Assembly (NCBI GenBank): GCA_963736005.1
Contig: CAVTNB010000003.1
Span: 352,001-416,000 of the forward strand
Length of the DNA: 64,000 nucleotides
From: an uncultured Pseudomonadota bacterium
GTDB lineage: Bacteria; Vulcanimicrobiota; Vulcanimicrobiia; Eremiobacterales; Eremiobacteraceae
Direction of reading: 5' to 3'
Translations under genes and position numbers: made by a program
The notes under the pieces: model-generated
The model's input: the letters and a program-made list of their open reading frames with translations, nothing else
Databases searched by the model: none
Told to the model about the DNA's origin: nothing
Shown here: positions 37,940 through 47,053 of the stretch, one piece after another
How the letters are laid out: every line of letters starts with the position of its first letter
Position numbering within the stretch: position 1 is the stretch's first letter

Positions 37940-39391
37940 TTAGCGTGAATCTACCCGGAACGTCAGTGTTGCCTGGCGTCCGGCCGCCACCGGAATCATC
38001 CACACAACCGTTGAGCTCGAGGTCTTTTGGTGGGGCAGCGTCTCACTTGCGATCTGCCACAGGCCGCTGAGCTGCTCCTCATAGCGCAACACGATCGGCT
38101 TACTTTTGGCATTGCTGACCGTCACGCGATAGTCGGTGACATATTCAGTTCTATTGTAGGGATGTGGGATCTCTTGGTAATTCGTTTGAACGCGGCTCAC
38201 GTGAACGTCAAATGATGGACCGAGGTCGAGCTGCACGTGCGCTTTGCGGGGCGTGTTGTCAATGGCATTTTCGCCGATGAAGACTGGTTCGCCGGACTCA
38301 TCGTTTTTGTACATATGAAAGACCCCACTGGGTAGGGGCACGCCGAGCCCGTGTCCATCGTTGTCAAATTCAAGCGTCACCTCAACCGGGACCGCTTGCT
38401 CCGAGCCCTGGCTTTGAAAGTCGTTGGCGCTTACCGATGATGAGAAGACCTGTTGCACGGGGACCTCGCGAGCAAAAAGCAAGAGGGTTTGCTTGGTCTC
38501 ACCGGTTCGCAGCGAGGTCCGCCGGGGCAGACTGTATTCGTAAAATTCAAAGACCGCCTGGCGTGTGGCACGATTGGTGTTAGCTGCGTAGACGTCAGCG
38601 GCGGCCTGCGCGCGCACCGCACCAAGCATTTTCACTTCACCTGGCTGCGCGCGCTGCACGCTCCCGGCGACGAGCCGAACGGTTGCATCGTCAAAGTCCA
38701 TGCCGCTGTCGTTGTGCAAAGTGATGAAGGCGTCGATGTCGAGATGGTCGCCTCCGGCGTTGAGCCTGGCCACATAGTCGGCGGCCCAAGACAGGCCACT
38801 TGTGAGGTACCCGAGGGCGATGGGTCGTTGTGCGGCGGTTGGACTTTCAAAATCAGCCAAGAAATCGGGCGTCAGTCGAATGATTGGCAGCGTCGCATAC
38901 ACGATGCGGGAATTGGGCGGCAAGCTCGTTTCGAAGCGATCCTTGAACTTGAGGATCGGGCCGCTCGCACTGATCACCACCGCCGTCTCTTTTGTCTCCT
39001 TCCCCGTCATTGGTTCGTCGTGGATAACGGTCACCGTGTGGCCGACAGCTCGCGCAAAAATCGCGTCTGGCGAAAGAACAGCGGTTTCAAAATTCTGCTC
39101 CTGCACAAGGATCGGCACCTGGGTGCCGAGATCCGAAAGAAAGGCTGTCTCTGGTGACATCTGCGGTGAGACGTCGTCAAAAACGATTCGATTCTCGCCC
39201 CGCTCGACATTGAGGAGCCTGACATCCCGAACAAGTGCGAAGTCCCCGTAGACGGTGACCGTCAGGGATTGACGTTGCGCTGCGCTCGTGTGGCGTTCGG
39301 GAATCACAGCGAGCGCGCGCGGTGCATTGACAAGCGACGCTACCATCGCGCTCATAATCGAGAGGAGCACAAACACCGCTGTCCTCTTCAT
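37940..39391 (-). CDS. Secreted DUF4139-domain protein
   Basis: Signal peptide; LTVTVY..FALVRDVR, YLTSGLSWAADY, RLVAG, LGVPLPSG, FIGENAIDNTP; GGAGGA RBS. Confidence 0.85.
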   Translation of the reverse strand: MKRTAVFVLLSIMSAMVASLVNAPRALAVIPERHTSAAQRQSLTVTVYGDFALVRDVRLLNVERGENRIVFDDVSPQMSPETAFLSDLGTQVPILVQEQNFETAVLSPDAIFARAVGHTVTVIHDEPMTGKETKETAVVISASGPILKFKDRFETSLPPNSRIVYATLPIIRLTPDFLADFESPTAAQRPIALGYLTSGLSWAADYVARLNAGGDHLDIDAFITLHNDSGMDFDDATVRLVAGSVQRAQPGEVKMLGAVRAQAAADVYAANTNRATRQAVFEFYEYSLPRRTSLRTGETKQTLLLFAREVPVQQVFSSSVSANDFQSQGSEQAVPVEVTLEFDNDGHGLGVPLPSGVFHMYKNDESGEPVFIGENAIDNTPRKAHVQLDLGPSFDVHVSRVQTNYQEIPHPYNRTEYVTDYRVTVSNAKSKPIVLRYEEQLSGLWQIASETLPHQKTSSSTVVWMIPVAAGRQATLTFRVDSR

Positions 39392-39539
39392 ACAAAATCC
39401 TCCTCGGCCAATACGCAGGCGAAGGGCTGTCAAATGACGAGCTTCGCGGCTCCCTTGGGCCGTCCTTGGTCGTCGCTCGGTGCTCTTTTCGTCGAACCCG
39501 TGGCACGGAACTTGTCGTATCCGCGACAAACAATCGCGC

Positions 39540-40808
39540 GTGGCGACGACGACAGAACAAAACCCATCGCAAGAGAGCGAATCGCCGCCGGGGGCGCAGC
39601 GCTGGGGCGCGCTGGCGTACCGAGAGTACCGGCTGCTGTGGATCGGGCTCATCATCTCCAACACCGGCAGTTGGATGGCTACTTTAGCTCAAGGATGGCT
39701 TGTCGTTGAATTGGCGCCGCGCCCGGCCTTGGCGCCGTTTTACCTTGGCATCATCGGCTTCACCCGCGCCATCCCCGCTCTGTTGCTGTCCGGAGTGGCG
39801 GGCACGATCGCCGACCGAGTCGACCGGCGACGCCTCTTAATCGTCAGTCAGGTCGTCCTTGGACTCGCTGCCCTCGCGCTGGCCATTTTGGCACAGACGC
39901 GTACGGTACAAATATGGCAGGTCATCCTGCTCGCCGGCTTGTCCGCGTGTGCGCTCACCTTTGACGCGCCCACGAGGCAATCGATGGTGCCCCTTCTTGT
40001 TGGACCACGCGAGCTGATGAATGCGATCGGACTCAACTCCGCCGCCTTTAATGGACCGGGCATCATCGGCCCAGCCATCGGCGGAATTTTGGTGAGTACC
40101 GTGGGCGTCAGCGCCACATTCTATCTCAACGCACTTTCATATGTCGCGGTTATTTTTGCGCTCTTGCTCATGACTCCCAAGCCGCCCGTACAGGTTGCCA
40201 AGCGATTGGGTCTGTGGGAAGAACTCGTCGATGGGTTGCGTTACGTGCGCGGGCAGCCTGCAATTCTTGCGCTCTTCTTGCTCGCGCTGCTCGTCTCAAT
40301 TGTGGGGCGGCCTTACATACAGCTGCTGCCCGCTTTTGTGAAAGCGACGATTCAGGGTGGGCCGGATACCCTCGGTGTGCTCATGGCGGGATCCGGGGTT
40401 GGCGCGTTGGCAGGTTCGATTGCCGTCGCATTCATCGGAACTCGCCATCACCGAGGACGGATCGCGACTGCTTGTGCGACGCTCGCGGGGGTGGCGCTCT
40501 TTGGATTCTCGCTGACGAAGACGACGCTGATCGCAGCAAGCGTGCTCGTTGCGCTCGGAGCAAGCATCAATCTGTTTATGGGCATGACCAACACCTTGCT
40601 GCAGCTTCACACCGCCCTTGAAATGCGCGGTCGCGTGATGGCGCTCTACACGATGATCTTTTTGGGCTTCATGCCCTTGGGCTCGTGGCTGCTTGGCTCG
40701 ATCGCGACGCTGACGACCTTGCCGCTGACCCTGGCGGCTGCCGGCATTCTCGTTGCGCTAGCCGGGCTCGCGGTGAGTCGCCTTCCGGGCCCTCGCGACC
40801 TGGCATAA
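39540..40808 (+). CDS. MFS transporter
   Basis: YRLLWIGLIISNTGSWM, GTIADRVDRRR motif A, about 12 TM segments, RGRVMALY. Confidence 0.93.
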   Translation: MATTTEQNPSQESESPPGAQRWGALAYREYRLLWIGLIISNTGSWMATLAQGWLVVELAPRPALAPFYLGIIGFTRAIPALLLSGVAGTIADRVDRRRLLIVSQVVLGLAALALAILAQTRTVQIWQVILLAGLSACALTFDAPTRQSMVPLLVGPRELMNAIGLNSAAFNGPGIIGPAIGGILVSTVGVSATFYLNALSYVAVIFALLLMTPKPPVQVAKRLGLWEELVDGLRYVRGQPAILALFLLALLVSIVGRPYIQLLPAFVKATIQGGPDTLGVLMAGSGVGALAGSIAVAFIGTRHHRGRIATACATLAGVALFGFSLTKTTLIAASVLVALGASINLFMGMTNTLLQLHTALEMRGRVMALYTMIFLGFMPLGSWLLGSIATLTTLPLTLAAAGILVALAGLAVSRLPGPRDLA

Positions 40809-40813
40809 CCGAA

Positions 40814-40838
40814 CGCGCGAATAAATTCGCGCGACTAC
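40814..40838 (-). repeat. Family-B REP-like palindrome
   Basis: cgcgcgaataaattcgcgcgactac. Confidence 0.85.
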
Positions 40839-42097
40839 ATCGAGAAGGTTTCGAGACGGTGTCTTACTGACTGCAAGAAGCGCGACGCCACCGAGCCATC
40901 GAGGACGCGGTGATCGAGGCTCATGCAAAGATTCATGATCGAGCGGATTGCAATGGCGTCATTGATCACCCAAGGTCGCTTGACCACGGCTTCCATAGTG
41001 ATGATGGCAGCCTGAGGAGGGTTGATGATCGGGTAGGACGCGACGCTTCCGAGTGCGCCCGTGTTGTCGACCGTGAACGTGCCGTCGGACATGTCCTCCA
41101 TGGTGAGCTTGCGACTACGAGCCTTGGCGACCAATTCGGTCATGGCCCGCGCCAGCCCGGAAAGACTAAGACGATCTGCATCGCGGACAACTGGAACGAC
41201 GAGTCCTTCTTCAATTTCGACTGCGATGCCGATGTTGATATGGCTGCGAACGATGATGCGATCGCCTGCCCACGTCGCATTTACCATCGGAAATTCGCGT
41301 AACGCGCCACACACCGCAGTGACAACGATCGGTAGGAAGGTCAGATTCACCCCTTCTCGGGCCTTGAAGCCCTCCTTCTCTCGCTCTCGCCACTTCGCAA
41401 CTTCGGTGACGTCCGCTTCGACCATTGACCAAGCATGAGGCACCGTCGTCTTGGAAAGCACCATGTGTTCGGCAATCGTCTTGCGCATCTGCGTGACGCG
41501 GACCGACGTGTCGCCTTCACCCGGTGGAGCGACCGGGACGGGTTTGGCGGGCGCAGCCACATGAGCCGCAGGAGCGGCGGTCACGCTGGCCGCGGTTTGC
41601 GCCGCTGGAGCCTGCCCTGTCGCAGCGGCACCCGAATGATCGATTACATCTTTGGCGGTGATCCGACCACCGCGCCCGCTGCCGGAGAGCTGACGCAGAT
41701 CGACTCCGTGCTCGCGCGCGAGTTTGCGCACGGCTGGCGAGTAGCGATTGTCGTCGGCCTCGCCATCGGATGAAATTGAGGGCGCCGCGTTATGACTTAC
41801 TCGCGCGGCGGGTTCGGTCGGCGCAATGGTGGAGGCGTTTGGCGCGGCTTTTGCTTCTACTCCAGATTCGCTGATCTCACAAACGGGAGCGCCAACGGGA
41901 ATCGTCGATCCTTCGGCCGCCACAATCTTCGTGAGCGTTCCGGCAAACGGTGAGGGAATCTCAGAAGCGACTTTATCAGTCTCCACTTCGAGCAGCGGCT
42001 CGTACTTGGCAACTGCTTCGCCCTCTTTCTTGAGCCAGCGCCCGACGGTCCCTTCGGTGACCGTCTCACCCAGTTGTGGCATCGTGACGATTGCCAA
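40835..42097 (-). CDS. 2-oxoacid dehydrogenase E2 (dihydrolipoamide acyltransferase)
   Basis: Lipoyl domain ETDKV, E3-binding SPAVRKLAREHG..GSGRGGRI, catalytic DHRVLDG. Confidence 0.95.
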   Translation of the reverse strand: MAIVTMPQLGETVTEGTVGRWLKKEGEAVAKYEPLLEVETDKVASEIPSPFAGTLTKIVAAEGSTIPVGAPVCEISESGVEAKAAPNASTIAPTEPAARVSHNAAPSISSDGEADDNRYSPAVRKLAREHGVDLRQLSGSGRGGRITAKDVIDHSGAAATGQAPAAQTAASVTAAPAAHVAAPAKPVPVAPPGEGDTSVRVTQMRKTIAEHMVLSKTTVPHAWSMVEADVTEVAKWREREKEGFKAREGVNLTFLPIVVTAVCGALREFPMVNATWAGDRIIVRSHINIGIAVEIEEGLVVPVVRDADRLSLSGLARAMTELVAKARSRKLTMEDMSDGTFTVDNTGALGSVASYPIINPPQAAIITMEAVVKRPWVINDAIAIRSIMNLCMSLDHRVLDGSVASRFLQSVRHRLETFSM

Positions 42098-42109
42098 AGC
42101 TTGAGCTCC

Positions 42110-43093
42110 TTAGATTGCGACGAGGTCGCGCATCGCCGCGGCGATTTTTTCTGGATTGGGCATGAACGCTTCTTCGTATTCCTTTGCGTAGCCCATCGCG
42201 GGGACGTCCGGCCCACACACGCGCCGAATGGGGGCATCGAGATCGAAGAACGCTTCCTCGGCGATGATTGCGGAAACCTCGGCACCGACACCGCCGAATT
42301 TTTGATCCTCGTGTACGATCAGCGCGCGACGAGTCTTCCGAACGCTCTCCAAAATTGCGCTACGATCCATCGGTCGAATCGACCGCAAGTCGATGACCTC
42401 GGCTTCCACGCCCTCTTTCGCCAGCGTTTCGGCTGCCTCGACTGCGAAGTGGCGCATGAGGCCGTAGGTAATGACGCTGAGATCCTTACCAGGACGGGCC
42501 ACGTCCGCTTTGCCGATCGGAACGGTGAAATCGCCATCCGGCACTTCGCCTTTGATGAGACGATACGTTCGCTTGTGCTCGAGAAACAGCACCGGGTCAT
42601 CATCGCGAATCGCGCTCGTCAACATGCCTTGGGCGTCTGCGGGCGTCGAGGGAACGCATACTTTCAAGCCGGGAACGTGATAGAAAAGCGCTTCCACGCT
42701 GACCGAATGCGACAGCGCTCCGCGCACGCCGCCGCCGTACGGCGTGCGGATGACGAGCGGGCACGAGTTACCCCCCGCGCTGCGATAGCGAATCTTGGCC
42801 GCTTCGCCGACGATCTGGTTGTACGCGGGGTAGATGAAGTCGGCAAATTGGATTTCGGCAACTGGGCGCATGCCGGCCATCGCGGCCCCAATGGCGATTC
42901 CCACGATGGAAGCCTCGGCCAGCGGCGTATCAACGACCCGATCTCGGCCGAATTCCTCTAGGAACCCTTTCGTTATGAGGAAGACGTTACCGCGCGGGCC
43001 CACATCTTCGCCCATGATGAAGACCCGTGAGTCGCGCGCCATTTCGTTGTGGAGCGCGTCGCGAACGCCTTCGAGCACCGTTTTGTTTGCCAT
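42110..43093 (-). CDS. 2-oxoacid dehydrogenase E1 beta subunit (branched-chain type likely)
   Basis: MGEDVG, DTPLAE, EIQFADF, GGGVRG..HS, EHKRTY, IDLRSI. Confidence 0.95.
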   Translation of the reverse strand: MANKTVLEGVRDALHNEMARDSRVFIMGEDVGPRGNVFLITKGFLEEFGRDRVVDTPLAEASIVGIAIGAAMAGMRPVAEIQFADFIYPAYNQIVGEAAKIRYRSAGGNSCPLVIRTPYGGGVRGALSHSVSVEALFYHVPGLKVCVPSTPADAQGMLTSAIRDDDPVLFLEHKRTYRLIKGEVPDGDFTVPIGKADVARPGKDLSVITYGLMRHFAVEAAETLAKEGVEAEVIDLRSIRPMDRSAILESVRKTRRALIVHEDQKFGGVGAEVSAIIAEEAFFDLDAPIRRVCGPDVPAMGYAKEYEEAFMPNPEKIAAAMRDLVAI

Positions 43094-43102
43094 CAACAAA
43101 CC

Positions 43103-44120
43103 TTACGAAAGTGGGCCCGAGGCATACACATGCGTATACAGATCAGCTTCAGTGGGGGGCGGCTGCGCTTCGGCCCAATCGGTTGCATCGTCCACTTCCG
43201 CTTGCGCTTTCTTCTTCATTTGCGCAATCATCTCGTCATCAGCGAGGCCGCGGTCCTTGAGCCATCCATCAAAGCGCGGGATCGGGTCGCGACGCCTTGA
43301 GCGCCTCGATATCTTCGGGCGTTCGATAGGTTAGCTGATTGTCGTCGCTCGTGTGTGACATGGCGCGGTAGAACTTGGCCTCGACGAGCGTCGGGCCTTC
43401 GCCTATGCGAGCGCGTTCGACCGCCTCATGCACGACCGAGTAGGTCGCACCACATCCGTGCCGTCGCAAATGACGCCCGGGAAGCCGTATCCTGCGGCGC
43501 GGTCGGCGACGTTGGAGACCGCCATCTGGAGTTTCTGAGGAACTGAGATAGCAAACTCGTTGTTCTCGCACAAGAAAACCACGGGCACATTGTGAATCCC
43601 GGCGAAGTTCATGGCTTCGTGCCACTCGCCTTCGCTCGTGGAACCCTCACCAAAGGTGATGAGCGTAACGACCGGTTCTTTGCGCATCTTAAACGCCAGC
43701 GCCATGCCAACGCCGTGCGTCACGTGAGCGGCAATGATGCTCGAGATGCTCGCGATCTTTCGATCGGGCACGCTGTAATGGTTCGGGAAATTGCCGGCCG
43801 CTGGAGAAAATGTCATCCTTGCGCGCGAAAAGGCACATGAGCTGCTCTCTCGGGGTGACGCCATACGATAGCGCGAGCGCGGTGTCGCGATAGTAGGGCA
43901 CGACCCAGTCGGTACCGCGTTTGAGCGCGAATGCGGCCGCTACTTGTGCCGCTTCGTGGCCCTGGCACGTTGCGGCGAACGGTATCTTGCCTTGGCGATT
44001 GAGGGCGAAGGCACGATCGTCGCACAGGCGTGTGAGAACCATGCGATAGTACATTTCGCGCAAGGTATCCGCAGAGAGACCCTCCGGCAGTGAGACCCGG
44101 ACTTTTGGTTCACTCTTCAT
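43103..44120 (-). CDS. 2-oxoacid dehydrogenase E1 alpha subunit, split by three single-base indels
   Basis: RQGKIPF..CQGHEA, PYYRD, FGEGSTSEGEWHEAMNFA..CENNEFAIS, HTSDD, RDP in successive frames. Confidence 0.9.
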
Positions 44121-44222
44121 GAGCCGGTCGTTTGACGCGCTTGCCAGCGACTCTTCCCTGGCCGCCCTCCGCGAGCTCACGGCTGCGGGGTTTTGTTGCA
44201 ACAAGCACGTATTGCGGTCTCT

Positions 44223-45326
44223 ATGAGACCACAGGTGAGACGGTGCATGGCAGCCGCTGCGATTGCATTGCTGCTCGTTTCGGGCTTCTCTGGGTGTTCG
44301 AAACCCCTCGACCCAAATAGCAACGTTCCCGCCTACGATCAACCGCTGGTGCTTCTGTTGGCTGCAATCGGTCTCGGCATCGGCATCACCGCGCTGCATC
44401 ATCACAACGAGAACCACTCGGGCAGCTCCGGCACACCGACGCTGACCACACCCTCGTTCGTGGGTTCACTGACAAATCAACCCTTCGATCTCGCTCTCGA
44501 TCTGAGCGTGGCTGGGTCTGTCGGCGCCCTTGGGACTAGTGGTGGCGGCGGCAATTATGGTTTTACGGAGACCGGTTCATCTTCTACCAACGCCGGCTCG
44601 TACACGCTCCCGACCGGTTATCACCCTGTCGCGGTGGCCATCGATGGCGTTGGGGATGATTGGTTCGACGACAGCGCTGGCAATATCGATAAGTGCCCGC
44701 CACCGACGTCGACCTCTGGAGCGTGCACGCCGCTTCTTACTTTCAGTGACGCCCTGGGCAGCGGTGGCTTCCGCGCGCTCGTCGCAGATTCCACGCACGT
44801 TTTTATCGCGGCTGATAATCGCAGCGGAACGGTCAAGTGGGCAGCCTTCGCGCTCGATGGGACCGGCGGGCTCAACGGATCGTACACTTACTCCGGTAAC
44901 GGCATCTACTCGCAAGATGCGGCGGTTGCTGTGTCAGGCACGTCTGCGGCAACCTACGAAGTCTTCCATCAAGATGGCACATCGTGGACCATCCCACTGC
45001 CTGGTCCGGCAAGTAAGAACACGTTTACCTTTAGTCCATTGCCATTGGCAGCCGCGAATGTGGCCTTCGATGGCGCCTCCCTTTTCTATGGCGCGCTTGG
45101 TTCGGCGACCTCGGGCAGCTATCAGATCGGTCGCTGGGTCGGTCCCAATAATTCGCTCGAGAAGCCGCCGGGTGCACTTGTTTCCCGAATTACTATTGCG
45201 TACAATGGGCAGACGAGCCCGAGGGGAGCGGCCTTTGTTGTGCCGGTGCGCGCACTCCACACCGACGGCTCTTTCATCTATATGCTCGATGCAAGAGGCA
45301 AACTCGTGCTGTTTGCCGCTTTCTAA
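44223..45326 (+). CDS. Putative lipoprotein, Ser/Thr/Gly-rich, beta-rich
   Basis: Lipobox-like LLLVSGFSGC; 367-aa ORF with no recognisable family. Confidence 0.7.
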   Translation: MRPQVRRCMAAAAIALLLVSGFSGCSKPLDPNSNVPAYDQPLVLLLAAIGLGIGITALHHHNENHSGSSGTPTLTTPSFVGSLTNQPFDLALDLSVAGSVGALGTSGGGGNYGFTETGSSSTNAGSYTLPTGYHPVAVAIDGVGDDWFDDSAGNIDKCPPPTSTSGACTPLLTFSDALGSGGFRALVADSTHVFIAADNRSGTVKWAAFALDGTGGLNGSYTYSGNGIYSQDAAVAVSGTSAATYEVFHQDGTSWTIPLPGPASKNTFTFSPLPLAAANVAFDGASLFYGALGSATSGSYQIGRWVGPNNSLEKPPGALVSRITIAYNGQTSPRGAAFVVPVRALHTDGSFIYMLDARGKLVLFAAF

Positions 45327-45339
45327 GAGGCGCACGATC

Positions 45340-45699
45340 ATGTCAACCAGAGCTCTACGACCAAACGCAGCTGCCTCGCTGCTGAACCAGTTGCAACGTC
45401 TCGCTTCGGCGGACCAAGGCAGCGCCGACCTCGCCCAGCTGCTGCTCGCTCCTCTCGCGCGAGAGGATGATGAGCGCGGCAATAATCTGCTCGCCACGCT
45501 GCGCGCATACTATGAGTGCGGAGCTCGTGTCGACTGGACCGCAGATCGCCTCTTTCTCCACCGCAACAGCGTGCGCTATCGGCTCGATCGCGTTCGTTCC
45601 TTGCTTAGGATGAACATCGACGAACCGCAAGCGATCGCCGCGCTCGTGTTGGCACTCGAGTGCAGCGGGCAGGCAGCGGAGCAAGCAGATGCGGGTTAG
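45340..45699 (+). CDS. Stand-alone PucR C-terminal HTH protein
   Basis: LLATLRAY, TADRLFLHRNSVRYRLDRV. Confidence 0.85.
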   Translation: MSTRALRPNAAASLLNQLQRLASADQGSADLAQLLLAPLAREDDERGNNLLATLRAYYECGARVDWTADRLFLHRNSVRYRLDRVRSLLRMNIDEPQAIAALVLALECSGQAAEQADAG

Positions 45700-45892
45700 C
45701 GCGCGCAACAAGCTCCCGGGCATCGTGTCCGATATCCAAACCGATGGGCTCATGGCAAAAGTGAGCGTACGCATCGGCGACAATCATATCGTTGCGTTGA
45801 TCACCGCGGAATCCGTCGCCGAGTTGGAGCTGCGGGTTGGAGACCACGTGTCGGCCCTGATCAAGTCGACCTCAGTCATGCTCGCAAAATAG
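45689..45892 (+). CDS. TOBE/molbindin (Mop) domain protein
   Basis: SARNKLPGIV, ALITAESVAELEL, SALIKSTSV. Confidence 0.93.
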   Translation: MRVSARNKLPGIVSDIQTDGLMAKVSVRIGDNHIVALITAESVAELELRVGDHVSALIKSTSVMLAK

Positions 45893-45901
45893 TAATCCGA
45901 T

Positions 45902-45927
45902 CGCGCGCATAGATTTCGCGCGACGAC
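45902..45927 (-). repeat. Degenerate family-B REP-like palindrome
   Basis: cgcgcgcatagatttcgcgcgacgac, directly before the next ATG. Confidence 0.6.
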
Positions 45928-47031
45928 ATGAGGAACGTGCGTAGAGCGATCTTCGTGCTGCATAAATATCTCGGCCTCTTTGTTGGGGTCTACTTTTTTG
46001 TTATCTGCGGCACCGGCGCTATCCTCATCTTACTGGAGAATCGCATCGACGGCTTTCTCGACTACCCGGTCATCCACGTAACACCCACCCACGAAAAACG
46101 CTCTCTTACCTCGATGCTTGCGACGGTGCACAGTGCATATCCAGATGCAACCGTGACGCACATTCTAGAGTCATGTCAGGTCGGGTGCACGTATGATGCA
46201 AGCCTCCGGCAAACGGATGATGACCGCCTTGACGTCCTCGTCAACCCCTACAACGGTGCCATCATCCGCGCGCAACTTTGGAGCAAGTCGGCGGTCGGCG
46301 TGCTCTACGACTTTCACGCCAACCTCTTTGGCGGCGACAAAGGCTCCTTCATCAATTCAATCATTGGGCTCGTTGCGGTCCTCATGGTCTTGAGCGGGCT
46401 CTACCTGTGGCCGGGCTGGCGGAGACTGCCAATCGGGTTCTCGATCAAGTGGGGTTCGGATTCATGGCGGGTGAACTTCGACATCCACAAGATCACCGGC
46501 ATTCTGTGTGTCGTGTTTTTTGTCTACATCGTGCTCACCGGCATCGCCACCGTCCTCATCGCCGAGCCAAACACGCCCCAGCCTTCCTTGGCAACGACGC
46601 AACCGTTGCATCCGTCAATGGAACTTGATACTCTTGTAGCTATCGGCGATCGGGCGCTGCCCGGGAAGATCACGATGGTCTACCCACCCGCAGCGTCGAC
46701 GGCACCGGTGCGCATTCGCAAGGTGGTCCCAGGAGATCCAGATCCTTACGGCTGGAGCTTTGTCTCGGTTGACCAGCATTCGGGTGCGGTCGTTGGTCTC
46801 GTAGATCGTCGGCGCTGGCCTTTGTGGTGGCGTTTGTACACGTTCTTTTATCCGCTCCACATCGGTTCGGTGGGTGGATATCCACTTCGCTTCCTCTACG
46901 TCGTTCTTGCGATGGCTCCAATCGTGCTCTACTTTACAGGTTTTCTCCAGTGGCTCAATCGGGTGAAGCGTGATGAAGCGGTTGCAACCGCGCGATCGGC
47001 CCGACTCTCGGCGAGTCCAAGCACGCGTTGA
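45928..47031 (+). CDS. PepSY-associated TM helix domain protein
   Basis: LHKYLGL...TG, VNPYNG, DFHANL, SGLYLW, DIHKITG, PLHIG. Confidence 0.9.
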   Translation: MRNVRRAIFVLHKYLGLFVGVYFFVICGTGAILILLENRIDGFLDYPVIHVTPTHEKRSLTSMLATVHSAYPDATVTHILESCQVGCTYDASLRQTDDDRLDVLVNPYNGAIIRAQLWSKSAVGVLYDFHANLFGGDKGSFINSIIGLVAVLMVLSGLYLWPGWRRLPIGFSIKWGSDSWRVNFDIHKITGILCVVFFVYIVLTGIATVLIAEPNTPQPSLATTQPLHPSMELDTLVAIGDRALPGKITMVYPPAASTAPVRIRKVVPGDPDPYGWSFVSVDQHSGAVVGLVDRRRWPLWWRLYTFFYPLHIGSVGGYPLRFLYVVLAMAPIVLYFTGFLQWLNRVKRDEAVATARSARLSASPSTR

Positions 47032-47053
47032 ACTTCTGCTCAGGAGGAAAAAG

